NCBI GenBank assembly: GCA_964392615.1
Contig: CAYMRB010000001.1
Location: 7,343 to 71,342, forward strand
Source: an uncultured Planctomycetia bacterium
GTDB lineage: Bacteria > Planctomycetota > UBA8108
Direction: 5' to 3'
Length of the DNA stretch: 64,000 nt
This document shows positions 10,118 to 19,218 of this stretch, in pieces; positions within the stretch are counted from its first letter, which is position 1; every line of letters starts with the position of its first letter. A model generated the notes under the pieces. The model was given only the letters and a program-made list of their open reading frames with translations, searched no databases and had not been told where the DNA came from. A program made the translations under genes and the position numbers.

Positions 10118-11431
10118 TCAGAAGAACGCGACGAAGTACTCGATTCGTCGTTCCTCACCGTCGGGGCCTGTGAGGCCCTCGATCGTTACGAAGTATACGG
10201 CACCGGCTCGGACGGTTGCCCCCTTCGGTCGAAAGATCACCGCCGGACCGCTGCCGAGGTTCTTCTCGCAGGTGGAGAGATGATCGTTCTCCAGAGGCGG
10301 AATCCGCTGGATCTTCGCCCGGCTCGTCGTGACGCTCGGGACGCGGCGCACCGAGGCCCGTACCGCCCGCCGGTCGCCCAGATCGTATTCCGAAGGGTGG
10401 AGCGACACGTGCCACGCGTTCGTCGAGGCGAAGAGATTGGCAGGCATGTAGCCTCGGGGCGGAAACGCGATGATGTCCCACTGCGGCACGGTTTCGGCGC
10501 TCTTGTCCGTGGCCCACATCGCGACGTACTTGCCGCTGAGCCCGAAGCCTGTCTTCGCCATCGCCGGGCCCAGACACCAACGTCGGTGCCCCACGGCGTC
10601 GATGTTGGACGGACCGGAGTCCCGCATGAACCCGTCGACCGAGCTCGGCAGATTGCCGATCTGGTGGAGATTGCTCTTCTTCGCCCCTTCCTTTCCCAGC
10701 TCGAAGATGTCCTTCGGTACACCGGGATTCTTGTCGATGTGGTGCGTCATCCGTCCGAGCCTCACGAGAATCTCGGTAGCTGCGGCGCACTTCTCGTTCA
10801 TGTCGCGGTCGAGGGTGAGGTTCTCCCACGGAACGCCGGCTGCACACCGATACTCCCGGAGTCGGCGCAGCGCTCCTCGGGCGGTCTCGGGTGCACCCGC
10901 GAGATCGACCGCCGATTCCTGTGCTCTGGTCAGATCGCGGCGGATCTCGATCCTCGACCGTGGCAGAGCGAGGAAGCCTTCGACCCAGATCTCCTCCGAG
11001 ACCGTGCGCCCGAGGCGGTAGCTCCTGCGGGGGCCGTGCAGATCACCCCGGACGTACTTGCAGGTGAGAGACTGCTTGCCCCGCTCGTCGTACTCGACGT
11101 AGCTGCCGTCGAGCTTGCCGTGTCGGTACTTGGCGGCGACCTTCTTCTTGCCATTGGGCCAGTACTCCGTGTACGAGCCATGACGGTGCCCCTTGGAGTT
11201 CGTGCTGTAGACGAGCTTCTTCTTGCCGCTCGCGTACTTCTCGACCGTTCGCCCTGCCGACGCCGTGGTCGATGCGAACGCAACGATGGCCAGTGTCAAG
11301 AGCCAGTATGTCGCAGGCCTGCACCGAGGTATTCGTGATCTATGCGCGGTCGAACACGGCGTGAAGAGGGGTGACAGAATGTGGGATCGTCCCTGGTCGG
11401 GACCCAGAGTGGCGCCTGTCGACTGGTTCAT
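10118..11431 (-). CDS. secreted MORN/YwqK-like repeat protein with an uncharacterised C-terminal domain
   Basis: Repeats are YSTNSKGHRHGSYTEYWPNGKKKVAAKYRHGKLDGSYVEYDERGKQ (MORN-type). A hydrophobic signal segment (TYWLLTLAIVAFASTTASAG) lies about 40 codons after the listed ATG with no in-frame ATG just upstream of it. The true start may therefore be a TTG/CTG near 11300 and the 5' end is uncertain. Confidence 0.5.
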   Translation of the reverse strand: MNQSTGATLGPDQGRSHILSPLFTPCSTAHRSRIPRCRPATYWLLTLAIVAFASTTASAGRTVEKYASGKKKLVYSTNSKGHRHGSYTEYWPNGKKKVAAKYRHGKLDGSYVEYDERGKQSLTCKYVRGDLHGPRRSYRLGRTVSEEIWVEGFLALPRSRIEIRRDLTRAQESAVDLAGAPETARGALRRLREYRCAAGVPWENLTLDRDMNEKCAAATEILVRLGRMTHHIDKNPGVPKDIFELGKEGAKKSNLHQIGNLPSSVDGFMRDSGPSNIDAVGHRRWCLGPAMAKTGFGLSGKYVAMWATDKSAETVPQWDIIAFPPRGYMPANLFASTNAWHVSLHPSEYDLGDRRAVRASVRRVPSVTTSRAKIQRIPPLENDHLSTCEKNLGSGPAVIFRPKGATVRAGAVYFVTIEGLTGPDGEERRIEYFVAFF

Positions 11432-11824
11432 TCTCGCTTTGCCTCAACCGCTGTGGTTCGGAGGAGCTGCCCCCGTATCGTCAACCCCGGGAAACCCGCT
11501 GCCGCAGGGGATTCGTGCGGACGATACTACGCGGGATGCGCCGAAGGGGCAACGGTCGGAGAGTCCGAGTGCAAGCACTTGATGCGGGCTTCATGAGGCT
11601 GTGTTCGGGAAGCTGCTTCCGGATGTTCAGCGTCCGTGAACCGTGCCAGATACTCGTCGCGCATTCGCTGTCCCCTCTTCTTTGCGAGCTCAACGCCTTG
11701 GCGTGACAACTCTTCAGAGAGTCTCGCGAACGTCAGGCTGTGAATCAAACAGGAAGCGTCGCATGGCGCCTTCCCATCTCGCCGTCCCACGGGCAACAAT
11801 GATGCGGCACGCCCGTAGCCGCCT

Positions 11825-12961
11825 TTGAACCGAGAGATCCCGATGCACACGAGCCCTCGACAGCCCATCGGCCGACGCCGTTTCGTCCGCACGCTCGCCA
11901 GTGCCGCCGCCGCTGCCGGCGGCATTCGCGCGCTCGCCGCGGCGACGCCCGCCATTCCCGCCCGCAAGCCCGCCCGGAAGCTCGCGCTCGGCTTCGACAA
12001 CTTCAGCGTCCGCGCGCTCGGTCTGAAGGCGCCGGCGCTCGTGGACTACGCCGCGCAGCTCGAGGTCGACTCGCTGCTCCTGTCGGACCTGAAGGTCTAC
12101 GAGCGCCGCGACGACGCGTATCTCGCCGATCTGCGCAAGCGGGCCGACGATGCCGGCATCGCGCTTCAGGCCGGCACGGGCGGCATCTGCCCGACGTCGC
12201 CGCGCTGCATCAAGGACTACGGCACGCCCGAGGAGCACCTCGCGTTGGCGATCCGCATCGCGCGCGCGCTCGGCTCGTCCGTCGTGCGCTGCTTTCTGGG
12301 CGGCCGCGGCGAACGCGAGGGACCCGGCGGCATCCAGCGGCACATCGCGTCGACGGTCGAGGTCTGCAAGAAGGTGCGCTCGCTCGCGCTCGACAGCGGC
12401 GTCAAGATCGCCGTCGAGAACCACGCGGGCGACATGCAGGCGCGCGAGCTCGTCGGGCTCATCGAGGCCGCCGGCAAGGACTACGTCGGCGCGACGGTCG
12501 ACTCGGGCAACGCGACGTGGACACTCGAGGACCCGGTGCGCAACCTCGAGCTCCTCGGTCCGTACGTCGTCTCCGCCGGCATCCGCGACTCGATGGTGTG
12601 GACGGATGACAACGGCGCCGTCGCGCAATGGACCGCGCTCGGCGACGGCTGCGTCGACATGAAGAAGTACGTCGAGACGTTCGCGCGGCTGTGCCCGAAC
12701 GCGCCGTTCCAGCTCGAGATTATCTCGGGCGCGCAGCGAGCGTTCCCGTACCTGAAGCCGGACTTCTGGGGGCCGTACGAGGACGTGCGCGCGGTCGATC
12801 TCGCCGCGTTCCTCGCGTTGGCGAAGAAGGGGCGACCGATGCAGCGCTTCCAGCCGCCGAAGGGAGCCGCTCGTCAGCAAGCGATCCGCGAGTTCCAGAA
12901 GACAGAGCTCGAGCGCAGCATACGATACGCGAAGGACGTGCTCGGAGTGGGGCGGCGATGA
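11825..12961 (+). CDS. TAT-exported sugar phosphate isomerase/epimerase (xylose isomerase-like TIM barrel)
   Basis: 378-aa ORF with a twin-arginine signal (GRRRFVRTLASAAAAAGG) and TIM-barrel-like motifs (KIAVENHAG, GATVDSGNATW). Composition is well balanced. The antisense ORF 11714..12880 is Arg/Leu-rich junk. The stop overlaps the next start (ATGA at 12958-12961). Confidence 0.75.
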   Translation: MNREIPMHTSPRQPIGRRRFVRTLASAAAAAGGIRALAAATPAIPARKPARKLALGFDNFSVRALGLKAPALVDYAAQLEVDSLLLSDLKVYERRDDAYLADLRKRADDAGIALQAGTGGICPTSPRCIKDYGTPEEHLALAIRIARALGSSVVRCFLGGRGEREGPGGIQRHIASTVEVCKKVRSLALDSGVKIAVENHAGDMQARELVGLIEAAGKDYVGATVDSGNATWTLEDPVRNLELLGPYVVSAGIRDSMVWTDDNGAVAQWTALGDGCVDMKKYVETFARLCPNAPFQLEIISGAQRAFPYLKPDFWGPYEDVRAVDLAAFLALAKKGRPMQRFQPPKGAARQQAIREFQKTELERSIRYAKDVLGVGRR

Positions 12962-14205
12962 GGATGGCTGGGCACATCTATCTTGTCGCGGCCATCGCGG
13001 TGCTCGTCGCGCGAGGCGCGACCGGCGACGACAAGCCTCTCGACTCGGACGTCGACTACACCGTCCGCGTCGACACGATCAGCTCGGGCTTCGACAAGAA
13101 GACCTGCTGGGTCCATCCGCGCGCCGGCACGATCCCGCCGGCAACGCGCGACGCGAAGCCGATCGTCGTGCTGACGATGCAGAAGCTCCTCCTGACGGGA
13201 AGCGACGTCTTCTACGCGCTCAACGAGATGCGCACCGACGACCTCGGCGCGACCTGGACGGAGCCGACCGAGCACAAGGAGGCGCTCGGACGCCGCGACG
13301 AACCGGACGGCGTGATCGTCGCGACGTGCGATTTCACGCCCAAGTGGCACCGGCAGACCGGCAAGCTGCTCGGCACGGGGCAGACCGTGCGCTATCGCCG
13401 CAATCGCGTCATGGGAGTGCGTCGACGCGAGGTGTCGTATGCGGTGTACGATCCGACGCGACGCGCCTGGACGCCGTGGGCGATGCTCGAGCTCCCCGAT
13501 CGACCGGAATTCGCGAACGCGGGATCCGGCAGCGCGCAGCGCTTCGATCTCGAAAACGGCGACATCCTGCTGCCGATTTACTTCAAGAAGCCGACGGCCA
13601 AGCAGTACAGCGCAACGGTTGCGCGCTGCCGCTTCGACGGCACGACATTGCGGTACGTCGAACACGGCTCCGAGCACACGGTCGCGGTACAGCGCGGATT
13701 CGCCGAGCCGTCGATCACGCGCTTTCGCGGCCGCTTCTTCCTGACGCTGCGCAACGACGTCAAGGGCTACGTGACGTCGGGCGACGACGGCCTGCATTGG
13801 GACGATCCGCGACCGTGGACGTTCGACGACGGCAAGGAGCTCGGCAGCTACAACACGCAGCAGCACTGGGTCGCGCACGGCGACGCGTTGTTCCTCGTCT
13901 ACACGCGGCGGGGAGCGAACAACGATCACGTCTTCCGCCACCGCGCGCCCCTCTTCATCGCCCGCGTCGATCCGCAGCAACTGTGCGTCGTGCGAGCGAG
14001 CGAACGCGTGCTCGTCAAGGAGCGCGGTGCGAGGCTCGGCAACTTCGCCGTGACGGAGGTCAACCCCGACGAGACGTGGGTGACCGTCGCCGAGTGGATG
14101 CAGACGCGCGGCCCCAACCCGCACGACTTCCGCGTACCGATGAAGTACGGGTCGGACAACGCCGTGTTCGTAGCGCGAATCCGGTGGAGCCGGCCGTCTC
14201 GCTGA
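12958..14205 (+). CDS. secreted BNR/Asp-box repeat protein (sialidase-like beta-propeller glycosidase)
   Basis: The start at the internal Met, MRMAGHIYLVAAIAVLVARG (signal anchor), overlaps the upstream stop. The listed upstream extension 12628.. is Arg-rich junk. Two Asp-box motifs are present, RTDDLGATW and TSGDDGLHW. Confidence 0.65.
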   Translation: MRMAGHIYLVAAIAVLVARGATGDDKPLDSDVDYTVRVDTISSGFDKKTCWVHPRAGTIPPATRDAKPIVVLTMQKLLLTGSDVFYALNEMRTDDLGATWTEPTEHKEALGRRDEPDGVIVATCDFTPKWHRQTGKLLGTGQTVRYRRNRVMGVRRREVSYAVYDPTRRAWTPWAMLELPDRPEFANAGSGSAQRFDLENGDILLPIYFKKPTAKQYSATVARCRFDGTTLRYVEHGSEHTVAVQRGFAEPSITRFRGRFFLTLRNDVKGYVTSGDDGLHWDDPRPWTFDDGKELGSYNTQQHWVAHGDALFLVYTRRGANNDHVFRHRAPLFIARVDPQQLCVVRASERVLVKERGARLGNFAVTEVNPDETWVTVAEWMQTRGPNPHDFRVPMKYGSDNAVFVARIRWSRPSR

Positions 14206-16776
14206 TCACTCCAGCGTCGGCCGGGCGACCTCTCCGCGCAGCTGGGCCTGGCCGGGCTCCTTCTCGTACACGCCGTAGAACATCGACGTGCTGTCGAGCC
14301 ACAGCGTGATGCGGTGCATCTCCTCCTTGGAGAGCTTCACGTCGTAGTGGCCGCTCTTCAGCAGCGCGTACAGCTTCGACGCCTTGGCACCGAAGCGACC
14401 GGGCGTCGTGCGCAGGCCGTTGCCGTAGTCGTGGAAGCCGTACTTGCGCACGAGATTGTTGTACGACGTGTACCAGCGGTTGACGATCGGCTCGGCGGCC
14501 AGGCTGATCGGCTTCTTTTCGTGCGTCGCGTGACAGTCGACGCAGTGCTCATCCAGCACGGGCTGTACCAGCCGCGGATAGCTGAACGGGTTCGAGCCGT
14601 CGACGTCGGGCGCGAGCCGCGACGGAGGACGCTGCAACGCGAGCGGCGTGGCCGCGGCGGACGGCGCCCGTTGCTGAGGCTCGTGGCACCCGGCGCAGAC
14701 GAGTGTCTCGCCTTCTCGCACGTGTGTCGCCGACCGCATCGACTGCACGGCGAGGCCGTCTTCGTCGAGCGCCTGGAAGAACAGCTCCCGGTTGGCCGGC
14801 ACTGTGAAGTGAGCGCTGCCGTCCGCTTCGACCGGCGCCGTACCGAGCACCCAGCGTACCGGGACGACCGAGTCGCCCGCCGATTTCACGCGCAGGGCGG
14901 TCTCATGAGGCCGCAGCCCTCCCGACGGCACGCTCATCGGCAAGACCTGATAGACGCGCAGGGCCTTGATCTCGGTGCCCGCGGGCCACGGCTTGATGCT
15001 GTCGTAAACGTCGAGCACGGCCATCGTGCCCTCGCGCGGCTTGTCGCTCGACAGCGAGGCGGCGTTGACCGGATCGGTCTCGGGACCACCGCGGGCGATG
15101 TTCGGTGTCGCCAGAGGTTTCGGTCGCGGCACGAGCGGGATCGGGCTGAGGCACGCGATCTCCCGATCGCGGTAGATCAGCTCCTTGTTGCCGAACGCAT
15201 CGACGAGATAGATGCCGTAATTGCCCGGCTGGAAACCACGCCCCTGCATGCCGGAGCGCGGCTGCATCGCGGCATCGTAGACGCACAGGTAGTAGTCCTC
15301 GCTCAGAGCCCACGGCGTGCCGTAGACCTGCGCGCCGCCCTGGCTCTCGGGGAAGCGAATCTCCGGCGTGATGCGCTTGACGGGCGCCATCGCATCGTCG
15401 TCGGGCACGCTCGGGTCGATGAGGATCAGCGAACCATACGCCTGACCGTGGTGCGGCGCCGCCGTTCCGATGAACTTCTGTGAGCCGGGAATCGCGCGGC
15501 AGTCGAGCTCCATGTCGGGGCGAGCGCGACGCGGCGAGAAGTTGCCGTGCACGGCCCGCGGGTTGCGCCCGTCGAGCGTCGTGACCCAGGGCATGTGGGC
15601 AGTGCAACCGTGGCGATCGACATAGTCCCAACGCGTCCAGAGGATCTGTCCGTCATTGGTCACGCTGGGGTGCCACTCGTTGGTCTCATGGAAGCTCAGA
15701 CACGTGATGTCCGAACCGTCAGCCGCCATGTCGTAGAGCGTGTAGGTCGGACAGACGCGACCGCAGCGCAGGTAGCCGCCGCGCCGCTCGCTGATGAACG
15801 CAACGCGATCGTTCGGCAGGAAGCACGGGTCGAAATCGTTCCACGTGCCGTCGGTGAGCTGTCGCAGACCGCTGCCGTCGGCGTTCACCTTGAAGACGTG
15901 GAAGCAGCGGCCTTCGGCCCAGTGCCCGCGGCTGGCGTCGGTGTGGTGCCGGTGTCTCTGGTCGCCCTTGCACTCGACGTAGGCGAAGACGATCTCCTTC
16001 GCGTCATAGGACAGATCGGGCGACAGGAACGAGCCGCCCTCGGCCTCCGGCCCGTGGACATTTCCCGAGCCGTCGAATCGCAGGCGCGGCGGCGTAGTCG
16101 GACCGCCCGTGAGCTTCTGCCCTTTCAGCCGGCCGTTCTCGACGACCGAATCGGCGAGCACGTCGCGCACCGTCGGCTTGTCGCTGAAGGCGTCCTCCAG
16201 CACATACAGCCCGCCGCCCGGCGCGGCGGCCATGCCGTAGTACTGGTCGCACATGTGGTTGAAGAGCGACCGATGATGCTTGATGAACAGAATCTCGTCG
16301 AAGTCGAGCAACGGGTTCGCGAGCGCGATGGCGCGGCGCACGCGGCAGACCTTCACGTAGATCTCGAAGCGCGCCCGATCGTCGCCGATCCCGGTCGCCT
16401 CGGCCTCTGCTCGCAACGCGGCCAAGCGCTCCCGCTGTGCCGCGAGATCCGGAGCTCCGCTCATGGCCTGAACGTCCGCGAGCAAGGCCGTCGTGCGCCG
16501 CAGGACGATGTCGAGCGGATCGCGATCCGTCGCGAGAATCGAGGCCTCGGGCCGATAGATCTCGCCGGCGATTTTGTCGAGATACGACCGCTTCTTGATG
16601 TCGGCCGTCAGCGCGATGTACTGGCCCTCCAGCTCGCTCAACGGCTTGCTGCCGTCGCGCTCCCACGGCAGGCCGGGCCCTGACTTCGCGACGGGGATCG
16701 CCTCTACAGCAGGGGCCGCTCGGCAGAGAAGAGCAAGGACCAGAGCGGCGAACGTCCTGGTGAGCGTCTGACGCAT
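14206..16776 (-). CDS. secreted beta-propeller (TolB/PD40-like) protein with a C-terminal dihaem c-type domain (two CXXCH)
   Basis: A signal peptide lies at the internal Met (MRQTLTRTFAALVLALLCRAAPAVEA). The upstream 105 codons of the listed ORF are Arg/Ser junk and overlap nfnB. WD/PD40-like blades are present (DGSGLRQLTDGTWNDFDPCF, DGSDITCLSFHETNEWHPSVTNDGQILWTRWDY). Two haem-c motifs, CAGCHEP and CVDCHATH, lie near the C-terminus. Confidence 0.7.
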   Translation of the reverse strand: MRQTLTRTFAALVLALLCRAAPAVEAIPVAKSGPGLPWERDGSKPLSELEGQYIALTADIKKRSYLDKIAGEIYRPEASILATDRDPLDIVLRRTTALLADVQAMSGAPDLAAQRERLAALRAEAEATGIGDDRARFEIYVKVCRVRRAIALANPLLDFDEILFIKHHRSLFNHMCDQYYGMAAAPGGGLYVLEDAFSDKPTVRDVLADSVVENGRLKGQKLTGGPTTPPRLRFDGSGNVHGPEAEGGSFLSPDLSYDAKEIVFAYVECKGDQRHRHHTDASRGHWAEGRCFHVFKVNADGSGLRQLTDGTWNDFDPCFLPNDRVAFISERRGGYLRCGRVCPTYTLYDMAADGSDITCLSFHETNEWHPSVTNDGQILWTRWDYVDRHGCTAHMPWVTTLDGRNPRAVHGNFSPRRARPDMELDCRAIPGSQKFIGTAAPHHGQAYGSLILIDPSVPDDDAMAPVKRITPEIRFPESQGGAQVYGTPWALSEDYYLCVYDAAMQPRSGMQGRGFQPGNYGIYLVDAFGNKELIYRDREIACLSPIPLVPRPKPLATPNIARGGPETDPVNAASLSSDKPREGTMAVLDVYDSIKPWPAGTEIKALRVYQVLPMSVPSGGLRPHETALRVKSAGDSVVPVRWVLGTAPVEADGSAHFTVPANRELFFQALDEDGLAVQSMRSATHVREGETLVCAGCHEPQQRAPSAAATPLALQRPPSRLAPDVDGSNPFSYPRLVQPVLDEHCVDCHATHEKKPISLAAEPIVNRWYTSYNNLVRKYGFHDYGNGLRTTPGRFGAKASKLYALLKSGHYDVKLSKEEMHRITLWLDSTSMFYGVYEKEPGQAQLRGEVARPTLE

Positions 16777-16797
16777 AGGTAACTCCGTACGCGGATA

Positions 16798-16826
16798 GGG
16801 TCGAGGTCGAGCCTGATCTCTCGACC
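16798..16826 (-). terminator. hairpin GGTCGAG-N14-CTCGACC between nfnB and the downstream beta-propeller/dihaem gene
   Basis: 7-bp stem with a 14-nt loop in the 97-bp gap; no U-tract. It may attenuate read-through from nfnAB into the downstream gene. Confidence 0.2.
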
Positions 16827-16873
16827 GTCGATCGTAACTGTTCGCCGCCTGACGCGCAGCAGGATCTTCGGCT

Positions 16874-18307
16874 CTACCAGCTCCTGTCGCCGAGCAGGTA
16901 CGCGTCAATTTCGGCGGCCGCGTCGCGCCCGGCCCCCATCGCGAGGATGACCGTGGCGCCGCCAGTGACGATGTCGCCTCCCGCGAACACGGCCTTCTTC
17001 GAGGTGCGGAGACTGTTCTCAGACACCTTGATGTATCCCCACTTGTTCGTATCGAGATCCGGTGTCGACGACTGTACGAGCGGATTAGCACCGGTGCCGA
17101 TCGCGATAATCGCCATATCGAGCGGCGCCTCGAATTCGTCGCCCTCGATCGGCTGCGGTCGTCGCCGTCCGGAGTCGTCCGGCTCGCCGAGCTCCATGCG
17201 CTGGCAACGCACCGCGCGCAGCCAGCCGTCCTCCGTGCCGAGGAACTCGAGCGGGCTCGCCAGCGGGATCAGCTCGATGCCCTCTTGCTTGGCGTGGTGG
17301 ATCTCCTCGAGTCGCGCCGGCATCTCGGCTTCGGTGCGGCGATAGATGATCGACGCCTTGGCCGCCCCGAGCCGCAGCCCGGTGCGGATCGCATCGAGCG
17401 CCGTGTTGCCGCCGCCGAACACCGCGACGTTCTTGCCGGCGCAGTCGTACGTCGGCTGGTCGTACTCGGGGAAGCGGTACGCCTTCATCAAGTTGACGCG
17501 CGTCAGGAACTCGTTGGCCGAGTAGACCCCGTTGAGATGCTCGCCGGGCACGTTGAGGAAATACGGCAGACCGGCGCCCGTCGCGACGAAGACTGCGTCG
17601 TAGCCCTCCTCGCCGAGCAGCTCGTCGACGGTGACCGTCTTGCCGATCACGACGTCGGTCTCGAACTCGACGCCCATCTTGCGCATATTGTCGACCTCGC
17701 GCCGCACGATGTCCTTCGGCAGCCGGAACTCCGGAATGCCGTAGACCAGCACGCCGCCGATCTCGTGGAGCGCCTCGAACACGCGCACGCCGTGGCCCTT
17801 CTGGATCAGGTCGCCGGCGGCGCTCAGTCCCGCCGGCCCGCTGCCGACGATCGCCACGCGCTTGCCGGTCGCCGGCGCGATTTCGGGCAGCCCGATCTGG
17901 CCGGTCTTGATCTCCCAATCGGCGACGAAGCGCTCGAGGTTGCCGATGGCGAGCGAGTCCTTCTTCTTCGCCAGGACGCAGGTGCCCTCGCACTGGTCCT
18001 CCTGCGGACAGACGCGGCCCGTGATCGCGGGAAGGACGTTGTCCTCGCGCACCTTGGCCGCCGCTGCGAGGTAGTCGCCCTGGTGGACGAGCTCGATGAA
18101 CTCCTTGACCTTGACGCCGACGGGACAGCCGTCGACACAGACGGGATTCTTGCACGAGAGGCAGCGCAGCGCCTCTTGGACAGCGGGGTCGACGTCGAGG
18201 CCGAGATTGACCTCCTCGAAGTTGCGGCAGCGTTCGGTCGACAGCTGCTCGGGCATCTTCTGCCTGGGGATCGCGAGGCGCTCTTTGGGCTTCAGCGGAT
18301 TCGTCAT
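16874..18307 (-). CDS. nfnB: NfnB-type NADPH-dependent FAD/FeS oxidoreductase (glutamate synthase small-subunit/GltD-like; SudA-like)
   Basis: 477 aa. Two N-terminal [4Fe-4S] motifs (CLSCKNPVCVDGCP, CPQEDQCEGTC) are followed by GltD-like FAD/NAD(P) folds (RVAIVGSGPAGLSAAGDL, NVAVFGGGNTALD). It sits 4 bp (ATGA overlap) behind the PyrK-like partner. Confidence 0.85.
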   Translation of the reverse strand: MTNPLKPKERLAIPRQKMPEQLSTERCRNFEEVNLGLDVDPAVQEALRCLSCKNPVCVDGCPVGVKVKEFIELVHQGDYLAAAAKVREDNVLPAITGRVCPQEDQCEGTCVLAKKKDSLAIGNLERFVADWEIKTGQIGLPEIAPATGKRVAIVGSGPAGLSAAGDLIQKGHGVRVFEALHEIGGVLVYGIPEFRLPKDIVRREVDNMRKMGVEFETDVVIGKTVTVDELLGEEGYDAVFVATGAGLPYFLNVPGEHLNGVYSANEFLTRVNLMKAYRFPEYDQPTYDCAGKNVAVFGGGNTALDAIRTGLRLGAAKASIIYRRTEAEMPARLEEIHHAKQEGIELIPLASPLEFLGTEDGWLRAVRCQRMELGEPDDSGRRRPQPIEGDEFEAPLDMAIIAIGTGANPLVQSSTPDLDTNKWGYIKVSENSLRTSKKAVFAGGDIVTGGATVILAMGAGRDAAAEIDAYLLGDRSW

Positions 18308-19218
18308 CGGGGCAGCGCCTCCTTCCCGTCATCGACCTCCGGATGACGCGCGGCGAGCTGGCACTGCTCGCTGACGCGGGCCGCGTCGATCTCCGGATGC
18401 GCACAGTACTGTTCGAGCGACTGACGCTCGGCGCCGAGGTAGCTCTGATTGCGCCGCGCGAGCACCTCGAAGTCGACGTCGTGAGCGTCGAACTCGGGGC
18501 CGTCGACGCACGCGAACTCCGATTTGCCGCCGACGAGCACGCGACAGCCGCCGCACATGCCCGTTCCGTCGACCATGATCGAGTTCAAGCTGACGACCGT
18601 TCGAATGCCGTGCGGCTGCGTGACCTCGGCGACGGCTCGCATCATCGGAATCGGACCGATCGCGAGAACGTAATCGACGCGCTCGCCGGACGCGATGATG
18701 GCGGCAAGCTGATCGGTGACGAAGCCCTTCGTGCCGTAGCTACCGTCGTCGGTCGTGATGTGAAGCTCGTGGCTGACGGCGCAGATCTCCTCTTCGAGGA
18801 TGACGAGTTCGCGATTGCGCGCACCGACGATCGCGTGCACGCGATTGCCGGCTTCCCATAGGGCGCGCGCGGTCGGATACGCGATCGCGGTGCCGACTCC
18901 GCCACCGACGACCACGACCGTGCCGAAGTTCTCGATCTCCGATGCGGCCCCCAGCGGCCCGACGACGTCCAGGAGCGCGTCGCCGGCCTCGAGCGCGTTC
19001 ATCAGATGCGTCGTCTTGCCGATCGCCTGCACGATGACCGTGATCGTGCCGGCGTCGCGATCGACCGAAGCGATCGTCAACGGTATCCGCTCGCCGCGAT
19101 CGTGAACGCGGACGATGACGAACTGCCCTGCGGCCCATTTGCGGGCGACTCGCGGCGCCCGGATCTCGAGCCGCTTGACGGAGGGGGCCAGGCTCACCGC
19201 CTGGATGATCTCGAACAT
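18304..19218 (-). CDS. nfnA: NfnA-type small subunit (PyrK-like ferredoxin-NADP reductase fold with a [2Fe-2S] site; SudB-like)
   Basis: 304 aa. Motifs are the FAD/NAD fold GQFVIVRV...RIPLTIASVDRDAGTI and a C-terminal cluster GMCGGCRVLVGG...FACVDGPEF. It overlaps nfnB by 4 bp. The ATG lies at 19216-19218 with GGAGG upstream. Confidence 0.85.
   Translation of the reverse strand: MFEIIQAVSLAPSVKRLEIRAPRVARKWAAGQFVIVRVHDRGERIPLTIASVDRDAGTITVIVQAIGKTTHLMNALEAGDALLDVVGPLGAASEIENFGTVVVVGGGVGTAIAYPTARALWEAGNRVHAIVGARNRELVILEEEICAVSHELHITTDDGSYGTKGFVTDQLAAIIASGERVDYVLAIGPIPMMRAVAEVTQPHGIRTVVSLNSIMVDGTGMCGGCRVLVGGKSEFACVDGPEFDAHDVDFEVLARRNQSYLGAERQSLEQYCAHPEIDAARVSEQCQLAARHPEVDDGKEALPR

Noticed and set aside
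10280-11338. 352-aa plus-strand ORF antisense to the MORN-repeat gene
   Set aside because: Arg/Pro-rich, no domains, low GC3.
10118-11431. Possible CAP/SCP (PR-1-like) domain in the C-terminal half of the MORN protein
   Set aside because: Only a vague resemblance (GHRRWCLGP versus the CAP motif GH[YF]TQ[VM]VW). The HNxxR and other CAP signatures are absent, so I did not make the call.
11714-12880. 388-aa minus-strand ORF over the isomerase gene; 12150..12662(+) and 12217..12477(-)
   Set aside because: Antisense or out-of-frame junk. The plus-strand gene has a TAT signal and TIM-barrel motifs.
12628-12957. Upstream extension of the BNR-protein ORF (listed start 12628)
   Set aside because: The extension is Arg-rich and lies inside the isomerase gene in another frame. 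The real start is the Met at 12958, overlapping the upstream stop.
12874-14124. 416-aa minus-strand ORF and 13326..14309(+)
   Set aside because: Shadow ORFs of the BNR-repeat gene.
14314-16683. Plus-strand ORFs 14314..15483 and 15547..16683, minus-strand 14903..15631 and 16004..16666
   Set aside because: Antisense or out-of-frame to the beta-propeller/dihaem gene (14206..16776, minus).
14206-16776. Calling the propeller/dihaem protein a hydrazine-synthase (HzsA) homologue
   Set aside because: Only the gross architecture matches. There are no hzsB/hzsC-like genes nearby and similarity cannot be verified without a database search. I kept a neutral description.
17085-18404. 439-aa minus-strand ORF and 17285..18346(+) over nfnB
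   Set aside because: Alternative-frame Arg-rich translations of the nfnB locus. The nfnB frame has FeS and FAD motifs.
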